A DNA stretch of 64,000 nucleotides from Salinispira sp. (GCA_965226555.1 CBDDDG010000001.1:269951-333950); one strand, 5' to 3'. Numbered from the stretch's first letter, positions 30,018-41,142 are shown. Made by a program: numbers and translations. Notes: generated by a model not told the origin, from the sequence alone.

Positions 30018-31535
30018 ATGTCTGAACTACGTAACGTTATCGTGCGTAATTGTTTCAGGATTATAGCAATCCTGATAATGTTGTTAGTGCCATCTGCATT
30101 TATATTTGCAGGTGGTCAGGATGAAGGCGGCAATGAGCCTGTTGAATTGGTCTGGTACCAGTTCGTTGGGAACACTATGCCGGATGAAGATGTGGTATTC
30201 GAGGAGCTGAATAAGTACCTTGCCGAGAAAATCGGGGTTGTTGTAAAACCCTATTTCTTTACTTATGACGATTTCAATTCGAAAATGCCTGTTATTATTT
30301 CTTCCGGTCAGCCATTCGATATTACCTTCACTTCGGGCTGGACAAATCACTATCTTCCGAATGTTTCTAAGGGAGCATTCCTGCCGCTTAATGATCTGCT
30401 AAATACATATGCGGCTGAAACAGAGGAGTATATTCCAGATGCGCTCTGGGACGCGGTGAAAGTACAGGGTGATATCTATGGAGTGCCAATTTATAAAGAG
30501 GTCGGGCATCAATATGGATTTTACATTAACAAAGAATTGGCTGAAAAATACAACATGGATGTGGATCGCATTGAGACCTTCTGGGATATAATTCCATTCC
30601 TTGAAACGATCAAAGCCAATGAACCTGGGGTAATTCCATGGTTTGGTACCGGGGCCTATGAGTCTGCCCTGCCCATGGAACATCTCGCTGGCAGCTGGAC
30701 GCTACCAGGAGCAGCAAATGTTCCGGGACTTGAAGCCTTTGCAAATCAGGGAAAGGTTTTTAACCAGTACGCAACTCCTGAATATCGGGACTTTGTGAAG
30801 AGAGTCCGTGAAATGCATGAGGCAGGGTTGAACCCTTCAAACGTTATTGAAATAGTTACCGATGGCAGCTTACGACAGAATACATGGGCAGCCAATGAGC
30901 TATTCTCAATGATGCTCTGGTATGCGCCGCTTGCCGAACTGAACTTTTCACAATCTACCGGGGTTGAGGCTCTCTGGATTCCTGCCATGCCTCCGGTGTT
31001 TGAATCTACCGATGCATTTGGAGGCTTACATGCCATATCTGCGAATACCCAATATCCTGAAAAGGCAGTAGAGTTTCTGAACCTTCTCACTACCGATCAA
31101 ACAGTAGCAACAATGCTTCGTTACGGAGTTGAGGGTGTTCATTATGAATTGGTTAATGGTCAGGTTGATTCAACTGCAACCGGTTATACATATGATAACC
31201 ATCCCTATTATCAAGGCTTTGGGTGGTTTCTCGGTTCTCCGCTTAATCAGATATGGGATGTTACGCATCCTGCCAATGCAACTGAAGTCTTTCTGGATTA
31301 TAACACAACAACAATTCCTACAACGAATCTGGGATTCGTCTTTGATCCTGAATCTGTACAAAACGAGGTTGCAGCTTTGGAAAATGTACTTGCGGAGTAT
31401 TTAACTGCATTGAATACCGGTAGTGTTGATCCCGATGTCTACTTACCGAGGTTTCTTGATGCGCTGGAAGCCAATGGAGCAGATACTCTTATTGCCGAAG
31501 TTCAGCGTCAGCTTGATGCTTATCATTCCAAATAA
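30018..31535 (+). CDS. Sugar ABC substrate-binding protein
   Basis: AAGGAGG RBS; FAGGQDE signal; LRYGVEGVHY; C-terminal GF.FD...V.NE...G.D..IAEVQRQLD. Confidence 0.88.
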   Translation: MSELRNVIVRNCFRIIAILIMLLVPSAFIFAGGQDEGGNEPVELVWYQFVGNTMPDEDVVFEELNKYLAEKIGVVVKPYFFTYDDFNSKMPVIISSGQPFDITFTSGWTNHYLPNVSKGAFLPLNDLLNTYAAETEEYIPDALWDAVKVQGDIYGVPIYKEVGHQYGFYINKELAEKYNMDVDRIETFWDIIPFLETIKANEPGVIPWFGTGAYESALPMEHLAGSWTLPGAANVPGLEAFANQGKVFNQYATPEYRDFVKRVREMHEAGLNPSNVIEIVTDGSLRQNTWAANELFSMMLWYAPLAELNFSQSTGVEALWIPAMPPVFESTDAFGGLHAISANTQYPEKAVEFLNLLTTDQTVATMLRYGVEGVHYELVNGQVDSTATGYTYDNHPYYQGFGWFLGSPLNQIWDVTHPANATEVFLDYNTTTIPTTNLGFVFDPESVQNEVAALENVLAEYLTALNTGSVDPDVYLPRFLDALEANGADTLIAEVQRQLDAYHSK

Positions 31536-31549
31536 AAATCAAAATATAC

Positions 31550-31587
31550 AAAAGAGAGGGCAGAATACTTTGCCCTCTCTTTTTTTT
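31550..31587 (+). terminator. Rho-independent terminator
   Basis: AGAGAGGGCA-loop-TGCCCTCTCT followed by a T run. Confidence 0.8.
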
Positions 31588-31640
31588 ACATACAAAAATA
31601 TCTTTCAAAAATATCTTTCATGTGTTTCTGAGGAGGAAAT

Positions 31641-33947
31641 GTGGAACACACATTAAAAGAGAAGTGGAAAAAATACCCCTCAGTTACCGAGGCTGCCCCT
31701 GTACATAATGATTGGCTGGTAAGTGATACTTCGCGCAAAGCCGATGTATTTTCCGGTGAAGTACCTGGGGACTTAGTAATGCAAAATGGTCTGGTATCGC
31801 GTACCTTCTCTTTAGCAATGGATGGTATTACAATTGCTTATGACAACATGATGACAAACGAAGCTTTACTTCGCAGCATACGGCCCGCTGCGTCAGTAGT
31901 TCTTAATGGAACGGAATACATAATCGGCCGTGAAATCTACCTGACAGAACAAGCCTACATGCTTCACGACTCAATTACCGATGATGCCGAAACAGAAAAC
32001 GCTTTTCAATTAATCGACTTTGAGGTTGCTGATATTTCCCCCCGTTTTCACTGGAAACGTATCCGCCATAATGAGGGGCGCCCATGGCCTCCGCCCGGAA
32101 AAGAATTACGGATGATATATCAGTCATCCGTATTACAGCAGGTAATTATCACCATTCATTATGAATGTTATGACGGCATACCTCTTTTTAGTAAATGGAT
32201 GACAATACACAATAATTCTTCTAATGAAATACATCTTGACAGGTATGTAAATGAAATTCTTGCTTTGGTAGAATATGAAACAACAAATAAAAATGAGACA
32301 GTGGTAGCAAAGAATTATCCGCATATTCATTTTGAATATGATCTTGACTGCGGGAGTTGCGCCAATTCTGATGGCGGCACTCTGAAGATTTGTCATTGGG
32401 AAAATGATCCTCATTTCAAGACACAGGTGGATTATCACTATTTGAGTAAAAATCTGTACAAAAGTTATCTGGAGCTTGGCCCGGATATTGATGTCAGTCA
32501 CAGAGAGAAAGCAGGGTCAGATACTCATGCCGATTTTACCGGATTTCGTGAATATCAACTTATTCATTCCAGCACCGACAGGCAACGGAGAGGTTTGGCC
32601 CGCTCCCAAATGTACAGAACCATTGCCCCCTGGGTTACTGAAAATCCTTTAATGTTTCATCTCATTTCCAACAAAGCACAGGATGTGGAACGGGCAGTCA
32701 GACAAATGCGGGAAGTTGGCTTTGAAATACTCAATTTTTCTTTTGGCAGTAATTTTAATAACAATGTACTTGAATATAAGATTGAACATTCATATGCCGA
32801 ATTTATGGAAATGCTTAAACAATTCAGGAAACAATACGGTAATGTGCTGGACAATGAGAAAATAGAATATGGCGGATATTCTCTTCTGGCGTCAAGAAGC
32901 ATAAGTGATGAACATGATGTCGTAAATCCTTTTACCGGTAAGACCAGCAGTATCAGCGCTCCGGTTCTCGAAGAGGGCATTGAAGCAATTCAGGAAGTAG
33001 ACGAGACAGTACTGCATATCAAGGGTGCCCCCCGGTTTGGAAATTCTCCGTGCCTTGGATCAGAATGGGGACAGAGGTATTTTGATTCTCTTTATTCCAT
33101 TTTTGAAGAATTAGATCTAAAAACATTCGTTCATGATGGTTCATATCCTGCTGATGTATGCGCCTCTACAAAACATCCTGGTCATAAGGGCATTGGCGAT
33201 TCCATATGGACACAATGGCAAACGATAATTGCTTTCTACACATGGCTTCGCGCCCGCGGTGTGTATGTACGTGTTCCCGATTCATATATGCTAACCGGAG
33301 CAAATCAGACAGGTGTTGGGTACAGAGAGGTAAATTGGAGCTTGCCGCGAAACAGGCAGATAGTACTGGGGCGGCAGAATATATACGATGGAACATGGGA
33401 CAGACCTCCAACAATGTTATGGACATTTTGTCCGCTTACAAAATACCATACAATATCTGAATACCCGAACGAGGCGGCAACCATAGAACCCCTCGCAGAA
33501 CATCTTGATCACTACGAAGCGCATCTTGCGCAGGATCTCGGAAGCGGTGTTCTTGCCGTATTTCGCGGACTGCAGTTATACGATACCGATGAGACAAAAG
33601 CTCTGGTTAAAAAATATGTTGCCTGGTATAAAAAATACAGAGATATACTGACAAGCGATATCGTCCATATCCGCCGTCCTGATGGACGCAATATTGATGG
33701 GTTTTTACATGTTAATTACCGATTACCCATGAGAGGATTAGCGCTATTCTATAACCCATCTTCACATACATTGGAAGAACGTATAAAAATTCCTCTCTAC
33801 TATACGGGACTTTCCGAAAATGTGTACGTATCCGAGAAAGAACGTACATATGAGAAATATATTCTCGACCGAAATTACTGCATTGATATACCGGTATCAA
33901 TAGCAGCGCGCGGTTTTACATGGTACGTGTTTGTGGAAACTGTGTAA
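31641..33947 (+). CDS. Putative glycoside hydrolase (alpha-galactosidase/GH36-like, uncertain)
   Basis: 768 aa, GAGGAGG RBS with GTG start, located in the sugar cluster; SFGS, GGYSLLASR and HDGSYP.D.CAS..HPGH motifs. Confidence 0.55.
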   Translation: MEHTLKEKWKKYPSVTEAAPVHNDWLVSDTSRKADVFSGEVPGDLVMQNGLVSRTFSLAMDGITIAYDNMMTNEALLRSIRPAASVVLNGTEYIIGREIYLTEQAYMLHDSITDDAETENAFQLIDFEVADISPRFHWKRIRHNEGRPWPPPGKELRMIYQSSVLQQVIITIHYECYDGIPLFSKWMTIHNNSSNEIHLDRYVNEILALVEYETTNKNETVVAKNYPHIHFEYDLDCGSCANSDGGTLKICHWENDPHFKTQVDYHYLSKNLYKSYLELGPDIDVSHREKAGSDTHADFTGFREYQLIHSSTDRQRRGLARSQMYRTIAPWVTENPLMFHLISNKAQDVERAVRQMREVGFEILNFSFGSNFNNNVLEYKIEHSYAEFMEMLKQFRKQYGNVLDNEKIEYGGYSLLASRSISDEHDVVNPFTGKTSSISAPVLEEGIEAIQEVDETVLHIKGAPRFGNSPCLGSEWGQRYFDSLYSIFEELDLKTFVHDGSYPADVCASTKHPGHKGIGDSIWTQWQTIIAFYTWLRARGVYVRVPDSYMLTGANQTGVGYREVNWSLPRNRQIVLGRQNIYDGTWDRPPTMLWTFCPLTKYHTISEYPNEAATIEPLAEHLDHYEAHLAQDLGSGVLAVFRGLQLYDTDETKALVKKYVAWYKKYRDILTSDIVHIRRPDGRNIDGFLHVNYRLPMRGLALFYNPSSHTLEERIKIPLYYTGLSENVYVSEKERTYEKYILDRNYCIDIPVSIAARGFTWYVFVETV

Positions 33948-34099
33948 AACGGCAACTTACCTGAAATAATCAACATTAATCTGGATGACAGAACCGCTTC
34001 ATAAATATGCGCGGCAGTTTTGTTTAATGGTTAAGAAATTACCACATTTCAGAAAAAATTACCCCACAATTCTCCAGCACATTCTGTTACACATACAGT

Positions 34100-37000
34100 A
34101 TGTGTTTCAAAAAATCCCATATTATACCAATTATTCTTGTACTGAGCGCAATTTTTATTGCATTGCTTGCCGGATGTCCAATACTGGATATCGATTCGGC
34201 GGCGGAGCCGGTGGCGGTCTCAACCCCTCCGGGCGAAATGGCTGCTCCCAGGCTTGTCCCGGGGGATGGGGAACTCACGGTTCACTGGACGGCGCCTGCC
34301 GATGACGGAGGCAGCCCCATTACCGGATATGAACTACAGTATCGCGAAGTTGCCGGACCGGCAGGAAACTGGATTCCTGAAGCGGACGATCCCGCTCTTA
34401 TTGTTGAAAGTACTGCGACAAGCCACACCATCACGGGCATGACAAACAGCACCGCGTACGAGGTGCGCGCACGCGCCGTGAACGTGATGGGGAAGGGCGA
34501 CTGGTCGGAACCGAGCGAAGGAGGAGCCCCTGTTGACAATCTTCCCATGCAGCCGACCGCGCTTGTGCTCACAGCAGGAGATACGAACATTACCGCAACA
34601 TGGACGGCGCCGACCGATGACGGCGGCAGCCCCATTACCGGATATGAACTACAGTATCGCGAAGTTGCCGACCCGGCGGGAAGCTGGCTGGATTCGAATA
34701 CGACAACGACCATTTCCCCCATTGCCGCGACACGCCACACCATTACGGGGCTGACAAACGGTACCGCGTACGAGGTGCAGGTGTACGCTGTCAATGTCAC
34801 GGGCGGTGGTACCCCGTCGGAAAGTGCCATAGCAACCCCCGCAACACCTCCTGTCGCGCCTGCTGCTCCCAGGCTTGTCCCGGGGAATGGGGAACTCACG
34901 GTTCACTGGACTTCTCCGAACAATGGCGGCAGCCCCATTACCGGGTATGAACTACAGTATCGCGAAGTTGCCAGCCCGGCGGGAAACTGGATTCCTGAAG
35001 CGGACGATCCCGCTATTATTGTTGAAAGTACTGCGACAAGCCACACCATCACGGACCTGAAAAACAGCACCGCGTACGAGGTGCGCGCACGCGCCGTGAA
35101 CGTGATGGGGAAGGGCGAATGGTCGGAACCGAGCGAAGGAGCATCCCCTGTTGGCAATCTTCCCATGCGGCCGACAGCGCTTGTGCTCACAGCAGGAGAT
35201 ACGCAGATTATCGCAGCATGGACGGCTCCGACCGATGACGGCGGCAGCCCTATTACCTATGAACTACAGTATCGCGAAGTTACCAGCCCGGCAGGAAGCT
35301 GGCTGGATTCGAATACGACAACGACCATTTCCTCCATTGCCGCGACAAGCCACACCATTACGGGCCTAACAAACGGTACCGCGTACGAGGTGCAGGTGTA
35401 CGCTGTCAATGTCACGGGCAATAGCACCCCGTCGGAAAGTGCCGCAGCAACCCCCGCAGCACCTCCTCCTGCGCCTGCTGCTCCGACAATTGAAATACGG
35501 AACACGGAACTTGTGGTTCATATATTCCAGTTGAGGATATCAAGCGATGATGGCGAGAGTGCGATCACTGCCTCTCACCTGCGTTATCGCGAGGGCAACA
35601 GCGGAGGCTGGACGGAGATTACCTCCGGCTTCACGAACATATGCAAGGATACGGTCGACGTAGTATGTAGTCATATAATTACCGGACTGACAAACGGCAA
35701 CAGCTATGAAGTACAGGTGCGCTTCGTGAATGCGATGGGTGTGGGCGCGTGGGGCGCATCGGCCACAGCAACCCCCGCAGCACCTCCTTCTGCGCCTGCT
35801 CCTCCCACGCTTGTCGCGGGTGATAGGCAGATTATTGCAACATGGACGGCGCCGACCGAGGACGGCGGCGACTCCATTACCGGGTATGAATTGTTATATT
35901 ATGATTCAAATAATACGTCTGATAGTAGCTTGATAGGGAGCATTGAGGGAATTACCGGCACAAGCCACACCATTACCGGATTGACAAACACCATTGCCTA
36001 CGGTGTAGTAGTGCTTGCCGTAAATAAGGGGGGCAATAGTCCGTGGTCAGCACCTGCTTTTGCAACTCCAGTCGGTCCTCCTTCTGCGCCTGTTCCTATG
36101 CTTGTCGCGGGGGGTGGGAAAATTACCGTAACATGGACGGAGCCGAACAATGGCGGCCGCCGCATTAGCTCGTATCATCTACAGTATAAGCCTAACTCTA
36201 CAAGCAGCTGGGGGAATACGATTGTAATTGGGAGCGCCTCCGCCACCTACGACATTACGGGACTGCGTGAGAGCACGAGGTATGATGTGCGGATGCGCGC
36301 ACGGAACGGTCTGGGTCTGGGTGATTGGTCACAAACTGTTTCGGAGAGTACATTCAGTCCTCCTTCTGCGCCTGCTGCTCCCAGTCTTGTTGCGGGGAAT
36401 GGGGAAATTACCGCAACATGGACGGCGCCGGCCAATGGCGGCACCCCCATTTTCTTGTATCAACTACAGTATAAGCTCTCGGAAAGTAACTGGATGAATG
36501 CTGCTCCTATTATTGAAATTCCAGCGCACAGGTTTCCCATCTACAAGATTACGGGACTGTATGAGGACACCAAGTATGATGTGCGGATTCTCGCACGGAA
36601 CGCTGCGGGTCTGAGTGATTGGTCAGAAGCTGCTTCGGCAACTACACTCCTCGGCAATGGCAATCCCAAGCTGCGAATGGTCGGGTATACCCCGTATCGT
36701 GATTTTGCGTATACTGATTCTACGGATATTACGAAATTTGCACTTGAAGATAATGTATTTGATTATCTGACAGATGCCATTCTTCTTGCTCATACGTATA
36801 TTGATATACTCACACCCGATTCTCAACCAGATGCGCTGGAGGAGTTTAAAGCAGCTGCCGCCGGAAAGAGAGCGCGGTTATGGTACTGCTCGGGGTCATC
36901 ACCCAGCGGCGGCGGACTGGGCAATATCATAAATAATCCAACAAAGCGGGCGGAAAACATCCGGAATGTAGTAGGGTTTATTGTTAATAACGGTTTTTAT

Positions 37001-38143
37001 GGTCTTGATATCGATTGGGAATATCCAGAAGCATATCAATGGTCTGCATATAATACCTATTTGACCGAGTTGAAAGCAGCATTGAATGCGGAGGGGAAAA
37101 AACTCTCAATTGCTACACTTTCTTGGAGTATAGGTTCTGCGCCTGCCTCAGTTGTCGATGCCGTTGATTATGTGAATATTATGGCATACGATACGAGGGG
37201 CCAGGATAGTTTTGGTGAATGGGGTCATGCTACATATGGTGATGCGGTAGATGAGATGAATGCATTCCTTAACAAAGGATTTGCGCGTGAGCAACTAAAC
37301 ATTGCGGTTGCCTTCTATGGACTCCATAGTAAAAAGAACGCCATAGAATTGCCCATGCCATGGTTTTATTTCTGGGATGGAGGTGGAGTAGCATATCGTG
37401 ACATGCGGACACTCTATCCTGATATACCTCCTTCTCAAGATCTTGTAGACGAATTTCATTTTAACAATATTGATCTGATCAAGAGAAAAGCAAATATGGC
37501 AATTAATGAAAATCTGGGAGGACTCATGATCTGGGAAATGGGTGCTGATCTTCCACTACAAGATCCTCGGTCACTTTTCAGGGCGATGGTTGAGATTGCG
37601 GAGCCTACCCGTACATTACCTTCTGCGAGTAAGGTATCTCTCCCCGTTGGCGGCGGATTGAACAGAGATATCTGGCTTGACATTACCGGCGACACCATTG
37701 CCGATTTAACGAATAATTCAAATTATCCTCATAATCCCGATTATCACACTTTTGTGTATGATTTTGTCGCTCCAAAAAATTGGAGAGATAATTACGGCCA
37801 AAGAATATATGGGTATATTACACCACAGGTAACAGGAACCTATACGTTCTGGATTGCTGCTGATAATCAGGCTGCACTGTATTTTGGTTCTTCTCCAAAT
37901 AGCACACAAAAAATTGCCTCCATTCCCGAGTCGGGAGGGACTAATGTAGAGCAATGGGATAAATATAGCTCACAGCAATCAGTGACCCAAAATTTAGTTG
38001 CCGGTACTCGGTATTACGTTGAAGTACTTCACAAGGCAGGCGGGGAAGGTGATCATGTCGCTGTTGCATGGCAAATTTCTGGTGGTGAAAGAAGGGTCAT
38101 AAGACAAAAATATTTAGAATTAAGCCAAGTTATAGCAAACTAA
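34100..38143 (+). CDS. Surface lipoprotein: 8 Fn3 domains, GH18 chitinase-like domain and PA14 domain
   Basis: Lipobox LLAGC; Fn3 repeats; GLDIDWEYP, DYVNIMAYD and LGGLMIWE (GH18); NYGQRIYGYI.P..TG.YTFWIA.D and Y.EVLHK.G.G.DH..VAW (PA14). Confidence 0.88.
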   Translation: MCFKKSHIIPIILVLSAIFIALLAGCPILDIDSAAEPVAVSTPPGEMAAPRLVPGDGELTVHWTAPADDGGSPITGYELQYREVAGPAGNWIPEADDPALIVESTATSHTITGMTNSTAYEVRARAVNVMGKGDWSEPSEGGAPVDNLPMQPTALVLTAGDTNITATWTAPTDDGGSPITGYELQYREVADPAGSWLDSNTTTTISPIAATRHTITGLTNGTAYEVQVYAVNVTGGGTPSESAIATPATPPVAPAAPRLVPGNGELTVHWTSPNNGGSPITGYELQYREVASPAGNWIPEADDPAIIVESTATSHTITDLKNSTAYEVRARAVNVMGKGEWSEPSEGASPVGNLPMRPTALVLTAGDTQIIAAWTAPTDDGGSPITYELQYREVTSPAGSWLDSNTTTTISSIAATSHTITGLTNGTAYEVQVYAVNVTGNSTPSESAAATPAAPPPAPAAPTIEIRNTELVVHIFQLRISSDDGESAITASHLRYREGNSGGWTEITSGFTNICKDTVDVVCSHIITGLTNGNSYEVQVRFVNAMGVGAWGASATATPAAPPSAPAPPTLVAGDRQIIATWTAPTEDGGDSITGYELLYYDSNNTSDSSLIGSIEGITGTSHTITGLTNTIAYGVVVLAVNKGGNSPWSAPAFATPVGPPSAPVPMLVAGGGKITVTWTEPNNGGRRISSYHLQYKPNSTSSWGNTIVIGSASATYDITGLRESTRYDVRMRARNGLGLGDWSQTVSESTFSPPSAPAAPSLVAGNGEITATWTAPANGGTPIFLYQLQYKLSESNWMNAAPIIEIPAHRFPIYKITGLYEDTKYDVRILARNAAGLSDWSEAASATTLLGNGNPKLRMVGYTPYRDFAYTDSTDITKFALEDNVFDYLTDAILLAHTYIDILTPDSQPDALEEFKAAAAGKRARLWYCSGSSPSGGGLGNIINNPTKRAENIRNVVGFIVNNGFYGLDIDWEYPEAYQWSAYNTYLTELKAALNAEGKKLSIATLSWSIGSAPASVVDAVDYVNIMAYDTRGQDSFGEWGHATYGDAVDEMNAFLNKGFAREQLNIAVAFYGLHSKKNAIELPMPWFYFWDGGGVAYRDMRTLYPDIPPSQDLVDEFHFNNIDLIKRKANMAINENLGGLMIWEMGADLPLQDPRSLFRAMVEIAEPTRTLPSASKVSLPVGGGLNRDIWLDITGDTIADLTNNSNYPHNPDYHTFVYDFVAPKNWRDNYGQRIYGYITPQVTGTYTFWIAADNQAALYFGSSPNSTQKIASIPESGGTNVEQWDKYSSQQSVTQNLVAGTRYYVEVLHKAGGEGDHVAVAWQISGGERRVIRQKYLELSQVIAN

Positions 38144-38169
38144 CGAAAAACAGCTGACACCCACCCATG

Positions 38170-38204
38170 AAGCTGCCTCATTACTGTATGAGGCAGCTTT
38201 TTTC
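38170..38204 (+). terminator. Rho-independent terminator
   Basis: AAGCTGCCTCAT-loop-ATGAGGCAGCTT followed by Ts. Confidence 0.85.
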
Positions 38205-38346
38205 TTGTTTCAGTTGTTAAGAAACTACTCCCGCACAATTTTCATAGAATGTGGTATAACAGAATGAGAACACATATGCTCGCCATGCGTCCGGGCAGAG
38301 TGCCAAAAAAAGTGACTGATAAACAGACCTTGAGAGGATACAAGCA

Positions 38347-39306
38347 ATGACAAATAAAAATTTTGTTCTGAGCGATGAACTTCTGGAACAGATACTTTTC
38401 GGCATGGAAAATCAGCACGAAGAGTTTTTTCTGAATATACAGACCATGCAGATAATAGAGGCCAACGAGCTTAGCGGCGAAACCGACGAAACCGACAAAA
38501 CCGACAAAACCGATGAAAATACGGATAATCTCATTATGATCCCCGAATGGCAGCCAGTCGATGGCTACAATCTTATGGAAACCTTTATTATCAACCTTCA
38601 TAATCCGCCGGCAAAAAATGATCTTCACAAAAGTCTGCAGAGGGGAAGGGGAGTTTTTCGCCAATTCAAGATCATACTGAAAAAGTATCCGGAAATTGAA
38701 CGGCGCTGGTTTTCTTTTCGGGAAAAACACATGAAAAAGCGTGTGCGTACATGGTTCAACGAAATTCGGGAAAGCCGGGGGCTTGCCGCGCTGAAAGAGG
38801 AGATACCCGATACCGAAGAACTTGTGCTCAGCGATTTTACGATACGGGAAGTTACTTCAGCCGAAGAACTTCAGCTCATTGCGGAGCGCGACAGGCAGTC
38901 CTTTGAGGAATGCTTTCTCCAGAAGGACGATGCCGACTATTGGTATGGGTTTCGCCGCAATCATCTGCCTGCCCCCCATGATCGGGAGCAGGGGAGCTTT
39001 ACGCTTGGCGCCTACAATCCGGCAGGGAATCTCTGCGCCTTTTTGTGGGCACTGCACGATGAAATATCGCAGCAAAAGCGTATTGCCCACATTATTCAGC
39101 TCTTTGTTGAACCGGAGTTTCGGGGCCTGGGAATAGCCGGAACACTTATCACCTCATACATAAGCTCCTGCGAAAACGAAGGCATCGGCTCCATTGTGCT
39201 TGAGTCATTCTCGCATATTCTGAGAGACCTGCTTACCCGTCACGGTTTTACCCGCTTTACCGGCTTTTACGGCAGGGGCGCTGCCATTGCCCAGCGGTAC
39301 CAATGA
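38347..39306 (+). CDS. UPF0158-like plus GNAT acetyltransferase fusion
   Basis: EQILFGMENQ, GYNLME.FI and GRGVFRQFK motifs; C-terminal LFVEPEFRGLGIA..L. Confidence 0.75.
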   Translation: MTNKNFVLSDELLEQILFGMENQHEEFFLNIQTMQIIEANELSGETDETDKTDKTDENTDNLIMIPEWQPVDGYNLMETFIINLHNPPAKNDLHKSLQRGRGVFRQFKIILKKYPEIERRWFSFREKHMKKRVRTWFNEIRESRGLAALKEEIPDTEELVLSDFTIREVTSAEELQLIAERDRQSFEECFLQKDDADYWYGFRRNHLPAPHDREQGSFTLGAYNPAGNLCAFLWALHDEISQQKRIAHIIQLFVEPEFRGLGIAGTLITSYISSCENEGIGSIVLESFSHILRDLLTRHGFTRFTGFYGRGAAIAQRYQ

Positions 39307-39331
39307 GATCGTTGCCGCCATCATTGCCCTG

Positions 39332-40228
39332 CTATTTCCTTGGGGTAGCAAGCAGGGAACGGCGATGATTATCGGCATCGAAGTGAAGTTCCGCAAGCAG
39401 ATCCATTATGCAGTCGGCAACGTGCTGCTTATAATCCCGGGACTCAGGGAGGAGTGAACGGGCATCCCGACGCCATTTCTTCGCCTCAATTACCGTACCT
39501 GCCTGAAAAATAACACAGTCATTATGGACATAGTCCTCACTCATATCTCCGTTAACATTAATGCGCAGAATGTTTCCGGCAATGGCAATGGGGAGAAAAT
39601 AGTCAAAACCTTTTATATATGAATCAACCTCGGACAGCCCCTGTCGGGTTTCAGGTACGCCCTTGCGGTAACGGGTTCCCGTTGGAAATATCAGTATCAT
39701 TTTTCCAGAATGCTTCTGCCGTATCATTGCGTGCAGCGCCGCACGGTTAATTTCCCGGCTCTTTGTCTGTTCTCTGGTAAAATCTTTGGTGCCGATAAGC
39801 GGGGTAAGGCTTCGGGAAGGATAGATCACAATACGTGTGTACGCTTCAGTGAATGCGCGGACCAAGTCGCTTTCAATGTTGAGCTTCATTCCGGCCATTG
39901 CGATAACATTTGAGGCAATTTCCGGGCTCTTCTTCGCATATTCCAGAATATACAAGAGGTTTGGAAGATCAAAATTACTGTAGTGCTCCATAACAATGAG
40001 ACATGAGCGCCCATTTCGGGAAAGGTTGTACAAGCGCTGAAGTTCGGAAAAATTGACAATGTTACTGAGAGGATGAAGAAGAATCCGAATAATTTCCGTG
40101 TTGATGATCTGCCGATTTTGTATATTGGCTTCCTGAAACACGTTATTTGGATCAATTATACTTTCTTGAATGCTGTTCTGAATGAGGATGTCGGCGACAT
40201 GCCCGTACATTTTTCTGACTGTTTCCAT
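39332..40228 (-). CDS. Glycerol-3-phosphate/1-acylglycerol-3-phosphate acyltransferase
   Basis: EHYSNFD (HxxxxD) and FPTGTRYR motifs. Confidence 0.85.
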   Translation of the reverse strand: METVRKMYGHVADILIQNSIQESIIDPNNVFQEANIQNRQIINTEIIRILLHPLSNIVNFSELQRLYNLSRNGRSCLIVMEHYSNFDLPNLLYILEYAKKSPEIASNVIAMAGMKLNIESDLVRAFTEAYTRIVIYPSRSLTPLIGTKDFTREQTKSREINRAALHAMIRQKHSGKMILIFPTGTRYRKGVPETRQGLSEVDSYIKGFDYFLPIAIAGNILRINVNGDMSEDYVHNDCVIFQAGTVIEAKKWRRDARSLLPESRDYKQHVADCIMDLLAELHFDADNHRRSLLATPRK

Positions 40229-40321
40229 AGATAGAGTAGATACTACCCGACAGACCGTATAACCGCAAGGGCACCATCGCCCTGCCCGCCGCGTTCGCCT
40301 CAGCAGTAAAACTTTATTACA

Positions 40322-41092
40322 TCAGGATCCAACGGAAAAATAGGAATATTCATATCCTTCAATATCGTATGTCCATTGAAGATTAAGCGGATCCTTTATG
40401 CGGCGCCCTTGGTAATAATAATTATAGTGATATTCACCGGGTAAAAGGCGAATCCGTATTTCATACATGCCGGGATCATCAGAATTTTCATTCAGACGGT
40501 ACATAAAAGGATCCCAATTATTAAAATTCCCCGCGAGAAAAATGTTCTCTCCGGAATTTCCCCGATACATAAAATGCACTATTTTCGAATATGAACGGGA
40601 ATCATTAAATATGCGGGGACTGACCGGCAGAATAGTGCGGTTTTCCGATACTTTTGCGGCCGATATTTTCACCCCGCTTATTTTTCGTATTGAAGACGGG
40701 TTGCTCGGGTCTTCAATCCATACCCCGTCCACAATGTACCGATAATATACTGTCGATATATTTTCAGCATTCCCATCTATGGGAAGAATATAGTAATATA
40801 CTCGCGAACTGCGGCCGCCATCTATTGACTCGACAGAATCGACATAGCGCATTTCATGGATCGGAACAAAATTTTCATGTTCGAAGGCAATGCCAACGTA
40901 CCGCGGCTGAAATCGGTTGTGATCTGCCTGTTTTGTCTGGTAGGTAAAAACCATGGAATCGCTCTCCGCGTGGTATACTGGAAGGGAGGCGCCGTCTAAT
41001 CCGGTAATAAGAAGATGGGTGGCGATATTTTGTGAAAAAGAGCAAAAGATGACGAGCGTTAAAAATGCGGATATGAATCCGAGGACTTTCAT
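40322..41092 (-). CDS. Secreted glycogen-binding (CBM48/AMPK-beta-like) domain protein
   Basis: YRYIVDGVWIEDPSN and LAGNFNNWDPF..PG.YHY motifs. Confidence 0.75.
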   Translation of the reverse strand: MKVLGFISAFLTLVIFCSFSQNIATHLLITGLDGASLPVYHAESDSMVFTYQTKQADHNRFQPRYVGIAFEHENFVPIHEMRYVDSVESIDGGRSSRVYYYILPIDGNAENISTVYYRYIVDGVWIEDPSNPSSIRKISGVKISAAKVSENRTILPVSPRIFNDSRSYSKIVHFMYRGNSGENIFLAGNFNNWDPFMYRLNENSDDPGMYEIRIRLLPGEYHYNYYYQGRRIKDPLNLQWTYDIEGYEYSYFSVGS

Positions 41093-41142
41093 AACAGATA
41101 CATCGGAATATACCTCGCTAAGCTTGAGATTTCATTGTTGAT

